Assembly (NCBI GenBank): GCA_965153455.1
Contig: OZ234494.1
Span: forward strand, 9,424,001 to 9,488,000
DNA: 64,000 nt
DNA from: Sphagnum compactum
Taxonomy: Eukaryota
Direction of reading: 5' to 3'
Part shown: in pieces, positions 1 through 13,491 of the stretch
Layout of the letters: each line of letters begins with the position of its first letter
Position numbering within the stretch: the first letter of the stretch is position 1
Made by a program: the position numbers and the translations under genes
Notes under the pieces: generated by a model
Database searches by the model: none
What the model was told of the DNA's origin: nothing
Seen by the model: only the letters and a program-made list of their open reading frames with translations

Positions 1-59
1 TTTTCATTTAACATGTTCATGTTAGTTACAATTGTGTACACCTCATCAAGTTTGGTCTT

Positions 60-1150
60 ATTGTCCATGACCTTTCATCAAAGGCTAAATACTTATAACC
101 TTAAACCCACTTTTGATGTTTTGTTTTAATATCAAAATGTCTAATGTCTTATCAACCTAACCAACAAAATTTTTGTTTGGCTTTTGATAGTTGGATCTAA
201 CCATGTTATTGTTTCTCTCCTTTCCAAATGTAGTTTTGAAATGGTTGATTCAACAACTCACATTTAAAGGTTGTAATGGATGGATTGTGTGTAGAGGTAA
301 AGTCACCATGTCTAACCCAATTTTTTGTGCTTGTTCCATTACTTCAAAGGTTACATGTGAACCATGCCCATTTAAAATTAATAAATGCATATTAGTTTGA
401 GAAATGCCTCTAGAAACTATCATTGGGAAGAATGACAAAATTTCCTTGTAAAGGAAAAATTTGATCCTTGGTTTTTTTTGCATTGTCATCATGTCCTTGA
501 TTTGCAATTTTTGATGTAGTCATCTATAATCATCTCACCTTTAAATATGAATACCCTTGGTAGAAAACCCTTAGTTACATCTACAACATAGTTTACAATC
601 AACCATTCCTTGCATTTGGGATTGGTGTTGTACATTTGTTATGAACCTTTTTTTGCTAAAACTCTTACCCTTGATTGTTGCCCAAAATGATTTGCATGCA
701 TTGTTGGTCATATCTTGTACTTTATAAATTTCTAGTCCCTCTACAAGTTTGATTAACAAATTAGGATGTTTGCACTTAAAATACCACCAAAAGTATTTAG
801 GTACCCCATTTCAAAATGGGGTATGCTTAATATAGGTGAATCCTACCACCTTGAATTTGAATTATTGTATTGTGATTGAAAGTCCACATCCTTACATTTT
901 AGAAATATAATCAATAACAATTTTTTTCCTTATACAAAACACCATGTGGGTCAACTTTTTTGGACTTGGTCTTCCCATCTAGATGGATTAGACAATGGAT
1001 TAGATGGAATGTCAAAAAATTTGCTAATGATATGTATATTTTTCTATTACATCCATGGCATCTTTTAATTGTTACATGGTCCTTTCCATATTCTTGCATT
1101 TTTTGAAATTTTGGTCTTTTAGCTTGATTAAATGGGATGTTTTCCTTGTT
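60..1150 (-). mobile_element. Decayed Pogo/Fot1-type (DDE_1, Tc1-mariner superfamily) transposase remnant
   Basis: ORF 250..507(-) contains HLLILNGHGSHVT...LPLHTIHPLQPLNVSC, matching the DDE_1 motifs LLILDGHxSH and LPxHTSHxLQPLDV; neighbouring frames are broken. Boundaries approximate. Confidence 0.8.
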
Positions 1151-1899
1151 TTGAGCTGGACCAAATCAGATGTTGGTATTTGTGACTTGAACTAACTAAT
1201 ATAAAATGTTATTTTGTCATTTGTGAAACACATTAAACATCATTCTACTTTGATCCTCCAATCCTTATCCTCCCAAACACAAGGGGGTAAAAATGAAGAA
1301 ATAGGAATCACTCGTGTTTCCTAAATTGGTTGTGACTAATCTTAATTAGATGATATGATAGCACAAGATTGATTTAAAAGTTTTAAAACAATGCTAAACA
1401 ACTATGTTTAGACAATGTCATGTTTTTTTCAAGCATAAAAAATTTAGTTATGGGGTGAAAACATGTTGAAAGGTACTTTATATTTAGTTTACTTTTAAAC
1501 TTATCAAAATGTTATATTGACATATTAAAAAGGGTGTGGTACAAATACAATAGACATTTTTAACATTATTTAGTTTATAAAACTTGTAAACATGTTAAAA
1601 AAACATTGGTCATTGTGTTTTAAGAAACTAATCATATTATTATCCTATTTTTACCCAAGGGGATGCACCTAGGCCTAACAAGAGGTATACCCTTGTTTTA
1701 TTAAAACTAGACCAAAATCATAAGAATTGAATTAGTTCATGGTATGTTTCATTAAGATGTTCTTTTGTTTGCCAATAGTTTGAAATAAATTCAAACAATT
1801 ATATAACATCCTACTCATATTAGATCTTCATTTGTTATTCTACAAACTATGGGTGTAAATCTACAATTGGCTAAGGCACACTAAAACTTACATCTTTGC

Positions 1900-3035
1900 A
1901 CCTTATTTGCATAATACATGATTAATTATTCAACAATGGTATAAATATTCATTAAACCTTTCGTTAAGCTTGTCTATAAACTAGATCTTGCATTCAATGG
2001 ATTGATCTTTTATTTTCACCTTCATTTTTTCATCTTTTTACTTTTAATCATAAAGCTTTTTCATTTGGAAACATAACCTTATATAAAAGTTTTGGAGTTC
2101 ATCTTTCACACTCTTTGACGACTTGAACATGTTTAGCTCTAGTAAAAAAAGTTGGATGGCTTACTAAAAAAGTGGAATCATGCACTTTGGAATTGAATTT
2201 GTGATGCTTCATTTTGATAAGAAATGTAAGGAATTGGCATTAGATGCCTTGGTTTTCCATGGGTTGTTATGACCTAATTTTACATGTTAAGTGTACTAAA
2301 ACTTTGCAATTTATGGAGTTGTTTTATTATTGTCAATGTACTAAATAGCTTCTCATCTTTGAACAATGTGCCCTACTTAATGAATTGCAAGGTTTACACA
2401 TATGCCCTAGATCACAACCTCAACCAAAGAACTATAGCCCAATGTGGATGTATTTCTAATGATTGTGTGATTTTCTATGTACATTAGATTGTGACATAAA
2501 CAAGCCCAATTCCCAACAATGACCCAACATAATGACTACAGAAGTTTATAAATGTTGTCTAAATAAGACCTTTCATTATACATTTTTTTGTCCCATGGTG
2601 TGCTAATACTCATATCCATGTACAAGTTTGTGATATGAAATGTCACAACTACTAGTCCATCACCAAACAAAATGATTTCTATCTTTCAACATTGAACTTT
2701 AAAATATTTTATAAGCATGGGTTGTGTTTGAGCAACCCATGCTCAAACACAATTTTTGAATGAAGGACCAAAATTTGCAAAATACTACGAAATTTCTCAC
2801 CAAATGTTTGCTCATAAAGTGCAATGAATGGTGCAAGGCTCTTCACCACTTCATCACCAACCTACTTGGGAACTACTTTGAACTCCCAAAGTGTTTGGTC
2901 AAGGGTGAGTTTTTGATCACAAGTTGTTCTACCTTATTCATCCATGATTTTTTTGGTAACGTAAGTGTCATCAACATGAATTTTGATTTATTGCATGATT
3001 TTGATCATCATTATTCATCCATGGTTCTTTGGTAA
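1900..3035 (-). mobile_element. Probable decayed hAT transposase remnant
   Basis: The minus strand near 2095-2130 reads ...QVVKECER..., resembling the hAT dimerisation motif SSSACERNWS; heavily frameshifted. Confidence 0.4.
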
Positions 3036-4320
3036 CATTTAGTGTTTTCTTTTGGGGCAAATTTGCAATGTAGTCAAAATGGCAATCATCCATAGGAAGA
3101 TTTAGCCAAATTTGGCTATAAACCAAAGGTGAAAGCAAAAGAATTTAAATATAATTCTATATTTTTGCTACATGCATGAACCATGTATAAAAAATTTGGC
3201 ACTTTCTTTTTTGGGGGTATTTTGGCCATTGAAAATATCAAAAACCACTTCATTTTAGCATTTTTGAGTTTTAATTTTGCTTGTTGCCAAAATTTCTCTA
3301 GTAAAAAATAGGCTAGTAACTTGCTTGCTTTTTTTCCTTGGATGATTGGTCACCATTTTTAAATCTAGGGTTATTTGTTTGGTTCTGCCCCTCAAAGTAC
3401 AGTTGAGAATTTTGCATGTCTGCTTTAATATTATGGAACAAGCCCATTCCACCTAGGAACACATCGAGGCTGGTAGGATGAGACACCATTCCGTCAAATA
3501 ATAGTGAGTTTCATTTAATAGGACATGTTCCAAAATGTAACCGGTTGTTTCCCACCTTTGGTTTCACACCATGGATTCACATGATAAGTGGATCTGGCAC
3601 AACCAAAAGTGCAACAAGCATTTGACCACATATCTTAAGTAGGAAAAACCCTAAAAAAAAACCTAAAAAACCTAAACACAAAAACAGATTACACACTATG
3701 GAATGGTCAAGCCCTTTCCCATTATGCTAGGGTAAGGCACCAGGCAAGCCTATTAGGGTGAGCTCGGCAACACACCCAACATAATAGGCAAGGGCGAGAC
3801 CATTCCATGACATTAATGTGTGGGGTGGCAGATTCAACCATCCACTTCTACTTCAACTTTCAAATCGTCTTAATTCTTTCCTATGCAGGTGTTCACCTTG
3901 CAACCAATGTTTATTTATTTATAATTTTAATTTAATTTTTAATTTTTAATTATTTTCTTGGTAAAATTTATGAAGTCGATGGGTTGGCAATCATCCATAA
4001 GAGGACTTAGCCAAATTTGGCTAGAGGTTGGGGGGGGGGGGGGGGGGGGGGGAGTAGGTTTCCTCCTACATTCATTGTGTAGGTGATGATAAATATTACC
4101 TACTATAGCCTAGTCTAACCTAACCCTACAACATGTGTTAAAAAACAATCACATGAAAACCATGTGAGAACACCTAAGCCATATCTAAAGGCAAGGTTGG
4201 CCAATTGTGTTGCCTAGTTGCCCCCTTCATGGTATTTGAAAATGAATCACTTCCACACAAAAATGAGGAGGGTAGGTAATAACTTTTCCAAAGGGTGTGG
4301 CATGCATGGTTGGGAAATTA

Positions 4321-4807
4321 TCCTTGTTGTAGTTAGTTTGTCTATTTTGTTTGTTTTGATTGTCACATTGAGATCTCCCAAATCATGGTGACTAGGGTTG
4401 TGTTCTTGGTACCATTGAAAAGCCTTGAATGACTAGGGTGCATTGCTAGGTGGTTTTGAAAAGTTTAGACTTGTAGTGCAAGAATGATGAAATCTTGATT
4501 AGTACTTTCATGACTAAAAATTCAATAATTTTTTTATAAAAAAATATATTTAAGGAAATTCGGGGTTTGGTCTTAGTATTGTTGGAAAGCCTTCAATGAA
4601 TATGAGAACATAGGGTGGTTTCATAATTTTCAAACCAAAGGTGCAAGAATGGTTGGATCTTGAATAATTTTTATCATTGCAAATTCAATGAAAATAAAGA
4701 TCAATTATTTTAAGGAAATTGGATTCCACACAAACGAATATAGTATATACTTTGTGAATCTATGTTACAAATTACAAAATGCGCTCAATGCCACAAGGAT
4801 AGACTAG
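4321..4807 (+). mobile_element. Non-autonomous Helitron-like element (copy A)
   Basis: Begins A|TC at 4321 and ends CTAG|T at 4804-4807; shares blocks (gagatctcccaaa, gtattgttg.aaagcc) with 5501-5952. Confidence 0.45.
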
Positions 4808-5500
4808 TTACACTCTATTCGGAGTGATTGGGCATACATGTGTACATGTATTTTTCTTGTGGACATGTGAAGATTGGAAAAGGTGCCATGGTTTTGGGTG
4901 GCATTTCAATGTTTTGAAAGCCTTGAGAAATTGGCATTTTGATAGTTTGCTTAAATGCTTTGGAATATCATTGGAATGTTCTCCCAAGTATTCAAAAATT
5001 AATAGCGATATATATATGTTACAAAGCAATTCAAAAGTGGATTTATATAAATTGTTTTTCACTTTGCATGTCATGAGTTGAAATGTTAAGAAGCTCCAAC
5101 ACAAATGATTCAACTTTTAGAATATAAAAAATGTTTAAAACTAGGTAAATTATTGAAATCTCATGATTTTAATTTCCAATAAGCCATCAAAAGTAATGAT
5201 ACTCTTTTGTGTAATCTTTACCACATATTATTATTATTATGATGACCTTTTTTTTATTTCTCTTGAGATGTCCACCACATGCCTTCTTGGTAGTATACCT
5301 TTTTTATCCACATTCATGGTTCAAATCATGTAACCATAATAATCCCATCCATATGTTTCTCACAAGCTAAGGCATCATTCTCACAAGGACATGACAATGC
5401 AAAAGAAACAAAATAAGCACAAAATTTGGGTGCATCCGTTCAATGTGATGAAACATATCATTCAAGTATTGATAATAGGCACGCTGCTTATATAACATCA

Positions 5501-5952
5501 TCTATGGAGCAAGGAAGTTTGTTTCATTTTCTCGGGTCATACCGAGATCTCCCAAACCTTGGTATCTCTAGAAGGCTCTTTGATGAGGAGGGAGGGGTGC
5601 ACCACCGACTTGGTTTGAGATTGTTTGGAGCTATGATGTGCAAAAACTATGGACTATTGAATCATCTTTTCCAATGAAAATTAAATTAATCAAAACTGAA
5701 AACTGTATTGGAATTTGGGGGTGTTCTTGGTATTGTTGCAAAGCCCCCGCCCCCCCCTCCCCGGCAAGTCAGATTAAATAGAGTTTATTTCTTAATTTTC
5801 AGAGCTAAGGTGTGGAAAATATTGATTTTTTAAAGTGGATTTTGTTGCAGGAAATTCAAACAAATTGCAAAAAAATTGGGGTTTGGAAGGAAAAAAAATC
5901 AATTGAGTCTTCAATGTGTTCACACTTGGGGCAATGGCATAGGATATACTAG
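5501..5952 (+). mobile_element. Non-autonomous Helitron-like element (copy B)
   Basis: 5' A|TCTAT at 5501, 3' CTAG|T at 5949-5952, short palindrome gtgttcacac near the 3' end; homologous to 4321-4807. Confidence 0.5.
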
Positions 5953-6008
5953 TGACAACAAATTAAACAAAGAAGGAAAATATGTTGTTCTTAACTTGCA
6001 GATGCCAT

Positions 6009-6187
6009 GGATGAATGTATGGTGGACTTAAACCTTATCCATATCTTTTCATTGGATGAATGTATGGTGGACTAAAACCCTATCGGCATCTTTTCATCGG
6101 ATGAATGTATGGTGGACTAAAACCCTATCCGCATCTTTTCATCGGATGAATGTATGGTGGACTAAAACCCTATCCGCATCTTTTCAT
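6009..6187. repeat. 45-bp minisatellite, 4 copies
   Basis: Unit ggatgaatgtatggtggactaaaaccctatccgcatcttttcatc starts at 6009, 6054, 6099 and 6144. Confidence 0.95.
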
Positions 6188-6489
6188 TTTTGTTTCCTTG
6201 TTAGTACCTAGTAAGTTCCGTGCAGAATCTTCCAGATCCAAGATTCTCCCCCACACGTGGGAAATTGATCGTGAATCCGCGGAGTTGCAGCAGGAGACAA
6301 AAGGAGGCAGCCGTTTTCTTTATTGGTGAAATTTCGCCAAAAAGCGAAATTAAAAAATTTCAAAAACTAAGTGGTTTTTAGAGGTTTTCAATCGCCAAAA
6401 GTGAGGGGGAAAAAATAGTATTAGATCTTCTGATTTATATATTGGGTTTTTTTTACGTGTTTTAGCCAAAAATAGGGAAGGATGACTAA

Positions 6490-6970
6490 ATATTTGTAGT
6501 TGATATTTTGATGTATAGCCAGATTTGGCTAAATCTTCTTAGGGATGATAGCCACTTTTTCTACATCTTCCTGTGGAGAATGGCCACTGTGGGTACAAAC
6601 AAAAATTCCTATAAAAATAAAATCATTGAAAGTGAGGGCTTCTTCCAAAAGCCCAATGATTTGTAGTTGATATGTGATTTATAGCCAGATTTGGCTAAAC
6701 CTTCTTAGGGATGAGAACCACTTTTTTTACACTTGCTGTGGACGATCGCCACTTTGGCTTCAAACATAAAATCGTAAAAGGATAAACACTGAAAGGGAGG
6801 GCTTCTTCCTTAAAGCCCGATTATTTGTGGTTGATATTTGATTTATAGCCATATTTGGCTAAACCTTCTTAGTGATGATAGCCACTTTTGCTATATCTTC
6901 CTAGGGACGATCCCCACTTTGGCTACAAAGAAGAAATTCTTAAAGAAAACACTGAAATGGCAGGCTTCTT
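6490..6970. repeat. ~165-bp degenerate tandem triplication of a dispersed repeat
   Basis: Block atttgtagttgatat...atagccagatttggctaaa.cttctta.ggatga..gccacttttt at about 6491, 6659 and 6823; a related ttagccaaatttggct core also occurs at about 3101 and 4007. Confidence 0.85.
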
Positions 6971-7282
6971 CCAGAAGCCCCGATGATGCTCCTCTTCTGC
7001 TCGACGAATCGCGAGCGATTTGTTGCCAAAGTTGTCGTCTTTGGCGAAGATCGCGAACCAATGATCAAATCCCCAGCGACTCGTGTTGTAAAGTTGGCAT
7101 CTTTGCCCAAGATCGAACGCCAAGATCGATCCAAAACAAGAAGAAGACAGAGAAACAAGAACAAGAAGAACAAGAAGCACAAACATTTGCGAAGCTCGAA
7201 GAAGACGATGTCGAGAGAAGGAAGAGCTTTTGATTTTGTATGACAAAGATTGCAATTGAATTTGTCGACATCCTCTGATTTC

Positions 7283-7313
<31 letters not shown>

Positions 7314-7357
7314 TTCATGAGAATTTGAGAACTGGTTTTGGAAGAAGAAGAAGAATC

Positions 7358-10300
7358 ATGGCGAGCTTGGGGAAGATTATCAGGGATGATAAGCACCCAG
7401 TATGGCTAGTAGATGCGATTGTTCTCTCGGCCGTGGTGTACAGCAGTGTTCCAGAGGAGGAGCTGAAGATCATAGAACGAGAGTACGGGCTTCCAGCGAC
7501 GGCCAGATACGAATTCGTGGCGGAGAAAGAGCTGAGGGAAAACGGATATGGAAACTGCAAGCAGACGTTGCTGGTGGTCAGGTCGCTTGTGGACTCTCAC
7601 TACATTGTCGCCTGTCGAGGTTCCTCCGACATCAGCGATGCGCTGGTGGATCTCAGATTCCTGCACCGGACTATGAGCCTCACCCCAGGTGCTGCTCACG
7701 CCGGTTTCTTGGATCGTGCCAAGACCATTCCCTTGGAGTATTTCAGACGTCTGTTGGTGCGGGGGGAGAATGTTGTGCTCGCTGGTCACTCTCTTGGAGG
7801 TGCTGTTGCATCCCTCCTTGCTCTCAGGTACTAAGTGTATTTGAGAAGAGACTTCTTCTTCAAGCTCTGAAAAAACCCAAAATCTTCAATGGAAAAAAAG
7901 CTTGTTTGTTAGGTCACGAAAGAAATGCTCCTTCTGTTCAGCTCTCTGTCTTGTCTGTCTGTGTCTGACTCTGACTCTGTCTTGCGGGGGCTGGCATTCT
8001 TGTATTGTAAAATTGTTGCACATATTGTTGAGGGTTTTGGTGTGTGTGTGTGTGGCTCTCTCTCTCTCTCTCTCTCTCGGGTGCTGACATTCTTGTATTC
8101 TAAAATTTTGTACTTGTTGTTGAGGGTTTTGGTGAAAGCTTTGATGGTGCAGATTGCTGGAAGCAACAGGGCGATGGTGTCATGCTCAATTGCAGTGCCA
8201 TACTTTTGGTTGTCCATTCTTTGCAGATTCTCGACTAGCCAGGTATGTATGTATCTATCTATCATGAATCCCCCCTGCTTCTTCTTCTTCTTCTTCTTCT
8301 TCAGCATCAAGGTGGTCATTAGGATTTGGTGTCTTCTGCACTTGGAAAGCACTTCTGGGTGGGTGTTCTGCATATGTTAAAGCCCCAGGGTGAGGGCATT
8401 CCCAAGATAAGGGGCCTAGATGAGGCAGTAGTTGAGTCGAGTCCTGCATTTTGGGCAGGGGACATGGGGGCATTCCCCAAATGATGGGCCTATTGTAGGA
8501 TGAGGTGGTAGCCAAGTCTGGTTTGGGAATGTACATCTTGAGGAATGTACACCTTGAGATCTACATTCTCGTTTGGGAATGGCGCTAGACATATGTACCT
8601 AGACATTTGTAGATCATGAGGCGTAAGAGGGCAACAGCTTGTAAGCCCAATCCTTAAAATTGGGAGGGATCTTACACCTATTAAGTAGGCATAATTTCCC
8701 TTCCACTCTTAAGGAGTAGCTGTAAGATTCCTCCACATTTCTAAGAGGGATATTCTCAGATGTAGGGTGCCCTCCAAATATACTAGAAAACTTTTCAGAG
8801 TGCTTGACAAAGTGTGAAGTCGAGGTCTGTAGAGAGAATTTGTTATTTGGGCTGATTTGAGTGTTTTTTTGTCTGTTGATCATCATGTCAACCAGGTACA
8901 TCAACAAACATTACCAACAACATTTTGTACATGTGGTGTCAAAGAACGACATAGTTCCAAAGGTGATGCCATTGGCATACACAATCTTCCACATGTGGGC
9001 AGGGTTGAATGTGGGGCCTCTTCATGAAGTGCTACACCTTGTTCGTGTTGGAACGTTTGGGCTTCAGTTCTTTAAACTGAAGCCCAAGGAGTTGCCGTTG
9101 GTTATGGCTGGCACACAGGCTCTGACTTGGGTTCCAACAGTTCTGAGGTTCTTGCTTCACAGGGCACTTGCTTTGGTGCTTTCGTACCAATCTGGTCGTG
9201 GCTACTCGTTTGCAGGTCACATGGTTTTGCTTGACACACAATCCAACTTCCTGGAATACACAGATCGGGAGCAATGGAAGATGGGCAAACATTTGAAGTT
9301 CCATCTAAATTGTGGCTCTTTGGACATTATGAAAGAACATTCGCTCATGAACTACATTGATCATGTGTTTGCAATCGAGTCTAGTAAGCAGGCATCTAGC
9401 AGTCAGTTGAACCAGGATGTTGGATTAGCTGCAGCAGCCGTGACAGCAACAACAACCAAGGTAACTGCTGCTGCTGCCACCACCATTGATGATGAAGCTG
9501 CTTTTAGCACATTGAAGGTGGAAGTGTGCTCAGCTACACTGAGTATGGACTGGCCCGCTGACAACAATGGCAACACTCATCATCCTCAACAGGCAATACT
9601 CTTTATTACCCCTCCTCTCTTGTTATGGCAAAATGCTTTTTACTCACAAGTCCACCCAAATCCCTTGATTTGGGCTTCTACAACTGTTTATCAAATCCAA
9701 CATAGAGTGTTAATTGTATCCCCCAGCTCGACCCGTATGCATGAAAAATTGGACAGTATAAGCTGAGAGGCCTCAATTTTGAATGCCCACATGGGCCAGT
9801 CAGAAGTAGTCATTTTAAATGCTGTTCTTGGGGCAATCATTTGGCCAGCCAACCAGAAGCAGATGGTTTCTTTTCACTGCGCCTTCTGGAGACCAGTGTA
9901 TCCTGTATAAATGTACAAGTTCCAACCCCATATTTTACACTATTTGAAGGCTACACTTCATTCAAAGTACAGTCTACAGGCCATTTTACTGCTGACTATG
10001 AACCTGCTCTAATCAGACTAGAATGGATTGTGGCTCTGGTGTGATTACAGATCGCAAGATGCTTACTTGGAAGTCTTTTGTTTTTTGTGTTTTTTGTGGT
10101 GGCAACAGCAGAGCAAGGGAAAGAGGAGGAGGGCATGGTGTCTGAAACACAAGTGGTGACAATGGAGCAAGGGGAGGAGGAGGAGGAGGAGGGCATGGTG
10201 GGTGAAACACAAATGGTGAAGAAGGAGTTAGTGCCAGGAAAGATTCTGCGCAGCCGAGTGGCATGTCTCATCTTTGTTCGTCGCATGCAAGAAGCCAGCC

Positions 10301-10467
10301 CCAAGGGCTTCATCAAACCAAGGTTCAGGAAACCACCAGGCATGATAGAGCTCGCTAAAAAGGGGTTTTGCAAGGTAACAAAGTTTGTGCACCACTTTGA
10401 CATGTTCTTTCTTGCATCTTCGGTTGTGTGTGTGATGATTCAAGTGAAAAGATACTTGGTTACATGA
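7358..10467 (+). CDS. Class-3 lipase (alpha/beta hydrolase), spliced
   Basis: Exons 7358-7827, 8153-8242, 8896 to about 9540 (donor uncertain) and about 10109-10467; the first three have phase-consistent GT-AG joins. Motifs: AHAGFLDRA, GHSLGG (Ser), HTFGCP, FVHVVSKNDIVPK (Asp), EHSLMNY (His). The last exon is tentative. Confidence 0.85.
8375..8809 (+). mobile_element. Solo-LTR-like insertion in lipase intron 2
   Basis: TGTTAAAG...CTTGACA termini; homologous to 12951-13491 (gggtgaggg.cattcccaa.ataaggg.cctaga; taggcataa; ctaagaggg.atatt; ggtgccctcc). No clear TSD. Confidence 0.55.
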
Positions 10468-12950
10468 CACCCACCAAGGGACAGACATAACAGCTTCTTA
10501 CTTGAAATGTGAAATGGGACCTTTCTTAGTAGTGGGGGCAAAGCATTCTTGTTGTTTGGTCTCTGAAAGTTTTTCAAGTTGAAAATGGTTTTTGGAGCTC
10601 ACGCCCAAAGGGAAAACATTGTTTCAGAAAGCATTATGCTTGCAACATCAGGAGGATTGTGATTCTTAAAAGAAATCCTCATATTTTCTAAAGACTTCGA
10701 TTCTTATTTGTAATTGTAGTTCTGAAAATTTCTATAAAAATGCCAGTTCTTTGCCAATTATTTCATGAAAATCATCAGGCTTTGTGACAGTGTTTAGGGT
10801 TTAATAGGGTTCAGGGTTTCTTTAATGCCAAAAACTTCAAAAAATCTGGAATTGGAGTTTCTTTGATTTCAAGGTTTTTCAAAAACTGGAGTTGGAGCTT
10901 TGTTTTTTTTTCCATTCAATTTTGTGATGTAGCTGAGTGGTGATCATCCCCCCAAAAGACCATTTAGCCAGTTCTGGCAATAAGAAAATATGACCGTCAA
11001 AACTACTTTTTTAGCATCCCTCTATATTTTTGGCTACTTGCTGGAACCTGGACTAGAATCTGGCAAATTTTATTTTCAAAATGGCAAATATAAATACATA
11101 TATATAATATTTTGTTTTCAAAATTTGGCCACTAAAAGACCCCCAAAAGCACTAAAGTTTTTGACATTTTGAAATTTTCATCCGTCATTTGGTGAAAATT
11201 CACCCCCTTTAAAATAAATAAAAAGGCCCAAGTAGGCCCAAGTAGGAGGGTTTTTTTCCCAATAATTTTCAAAAACCAGAACTAAGGGTATTAAGAGAAT
11301 CAAATGACCACCCGAAGTTGGTACATGTTCTTGATTTTGAAAGGAACCTTCTTCGGCTTTTGGTTTTAAATCATTTTTGTCTTAAAAAAAAAAACAACTC
11401 TATGATGCAGTTCTGAGAACAATTATTTGGGTTTTATAAAACTCTTGGTTTTTTTTTTCTTTTCTTTTTTTTTGGGAGACTTCTCAAAAATTTGGAGCTC
11501 AGTCCAATTTAAACATTGAGTTCCATTCCATTTACATTGCACCCAACTAAAATTTATAAAATTATTTGCAATAAAAAAATTTCCAACTAGCGCAAAGTAG
11601 TGTTCGAGAATTTTAAAATAAAAGAAAAAAATTGTGTATCAATTGTTTTTTTTATGACACATTAAAAACTAATAACTTGCATTTTTTTTATAAGAAAAAA
11701 AACAACAACAATTTGTTATTGCCCTTTTGGAAAAACTTGTGCCTATAGAGAACCTCGACCTTCATTGCAAAGGGGATAATAACAACTCGGATTAAATTGA
11801 ATTTCAGTTTCAACCCAATCGAAGATCATATCCAATCTTGTAACAAATTTTTTTTCTGAACCTCGGATCTGAAATATCCTAAAACCTGATCGAGAAACCA
11901 ATAAGAGAGAACTGACCTAATTTCCGTAAACTACCCAACACTCATAAACTACCTTTACAAATGGCCTTTATTCTCAGGACTTTGTTTTTTTTTAAATTTA
12001 AAGCAAATGAGGTGGCTGAGTTGCTACCAAGCTTTTGCATCATCTGTAGACCTTACCCTAAGGTCAGTTTCATCGTTAAATAATCCGCAAAATAGTGAAA
12101 CGAATTTTTTTTGGGGGGTGAAAATATGAAATTAACATATTGAAAATCATTATAATTATCATAGGTTGCACTCTAAATAATTTCATTATTTCTATGAAAA
12201 TATATCATAGTAGATTGTGGAAATAATAATAATAATTTCAAAATTAAACTAATTAATTTCTTGAATATATATATATTCGTTTTGTCAATGTGGAAACTGA
12301 CCCCAAGAGGTATGGTATCCATAAGCGAGATCTCCAAATTCAACCCAAATTTTTGCTCCACATTTGGATAGTATTGAACAATTCCGTGTGTCGAACGGTT
12401 TCTAAACTTTCAAACCTCCTTGAGCAATTTGACTCGGGTTTTCAACAATCCCAAAATCAAATCCTCCACTTTTTTTTAAATTATTGTGCATGTTACTCAA
12501 CATTCATTCAGAGTCTCCACTCTTTTGAATACTTTTTGGTCAATTGAAGTTTTTGGGCACTTAGAAGATGTCTCCTTTATGGACTCATTTTTTTTCTATC
12601 AATTTTTGTGTTGGGGGGGGGGGGAGTGGGGAGGAAGAAAAAGTAGCCCCAAAGATCAAAGGCCCCTTTTGTTCCACCTGAAAGGTCGGATAATAGCTAC
12701 TTACGATAATTAGCTCAAGAATGACACAAGGAGAGAGCCACAAGAAGAAGAAGCAAATTTGATGAGAGTCCATATTCTTTGCACACGGAAGGGATAATTG
12801 GGCCTATCCTTTTACCTATGACACTCACCTTTTTCTTTCCCTTTCAATGTGGGGGTTGAAGTGAACCGTTTCCTTATGGTGTAAAACTCGCCAAACTCTC
12901 TTAGGTAGGGGTGAAATCCATAATAAAGGAAAAAAAAGGAAAGAAAAAAG

Positions 12951-13491
12951 TGTAGGTTTTAAGGCTTAGGGTGAGGGCCATTCCCAAAATAAGGGTCCTA
13001 GACATTTTGGGAATGTCCCTCCCCCCAATGGGTTAGGAAAGAAGAAAGCGTAGGTTTTAAGCCTTAGGGTGGAAGCCATTCCCAAAATAAGGGTCCTAGA
13101 CATTTTGGGGATGTGCCTCCTCCCCATGGGTTTGGAACGAAGAAAGTGTAAGTTTTAAGGCTTACGGTGGGCACATTCCAAAAATAATGGGCCTAGACGG
13201 TTTCGGATTGTACCTCACCCCATGGGGATTATAGGTAGTAAAGCACATGGCTAAGGTAAAAAATATCATGAACCTAAACATATGTAGAGCATGAGGTGGA
13301 GGAGGAGGAGGAGGAGGGTTCTTATAACAATTCTTGAAGAGTGGGGACGGACCTTACACTTGGGATAGGCATAAGATCCCTCGCATTTTTAAGAGTAGAC
13401 ACAATATTCGGCCACTTTGCTAAGAGGGATATTTCAAAGGTATAAGGTGCCCTCCCCAAAATACACTTAAATTTCTCCCAAGTACTCTACA
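12951..13491 (+). mobile_element. Solo-LTR-like element with a 98-bp triplicated 5' end
   Basis: TGTAG...CTACA termini flanked by AAAG on both sides; internal 98-bp units at about 12953, 13051 and 13149; same family as 8375-8809. Confidence 0.6.

Noticed and set aside
6009-6187. 45-bp repeats (and the 57-bp repeats at 22703) as CRISPR-like
   Set aside because: Head-to-tail minisatellites without variable spacers.
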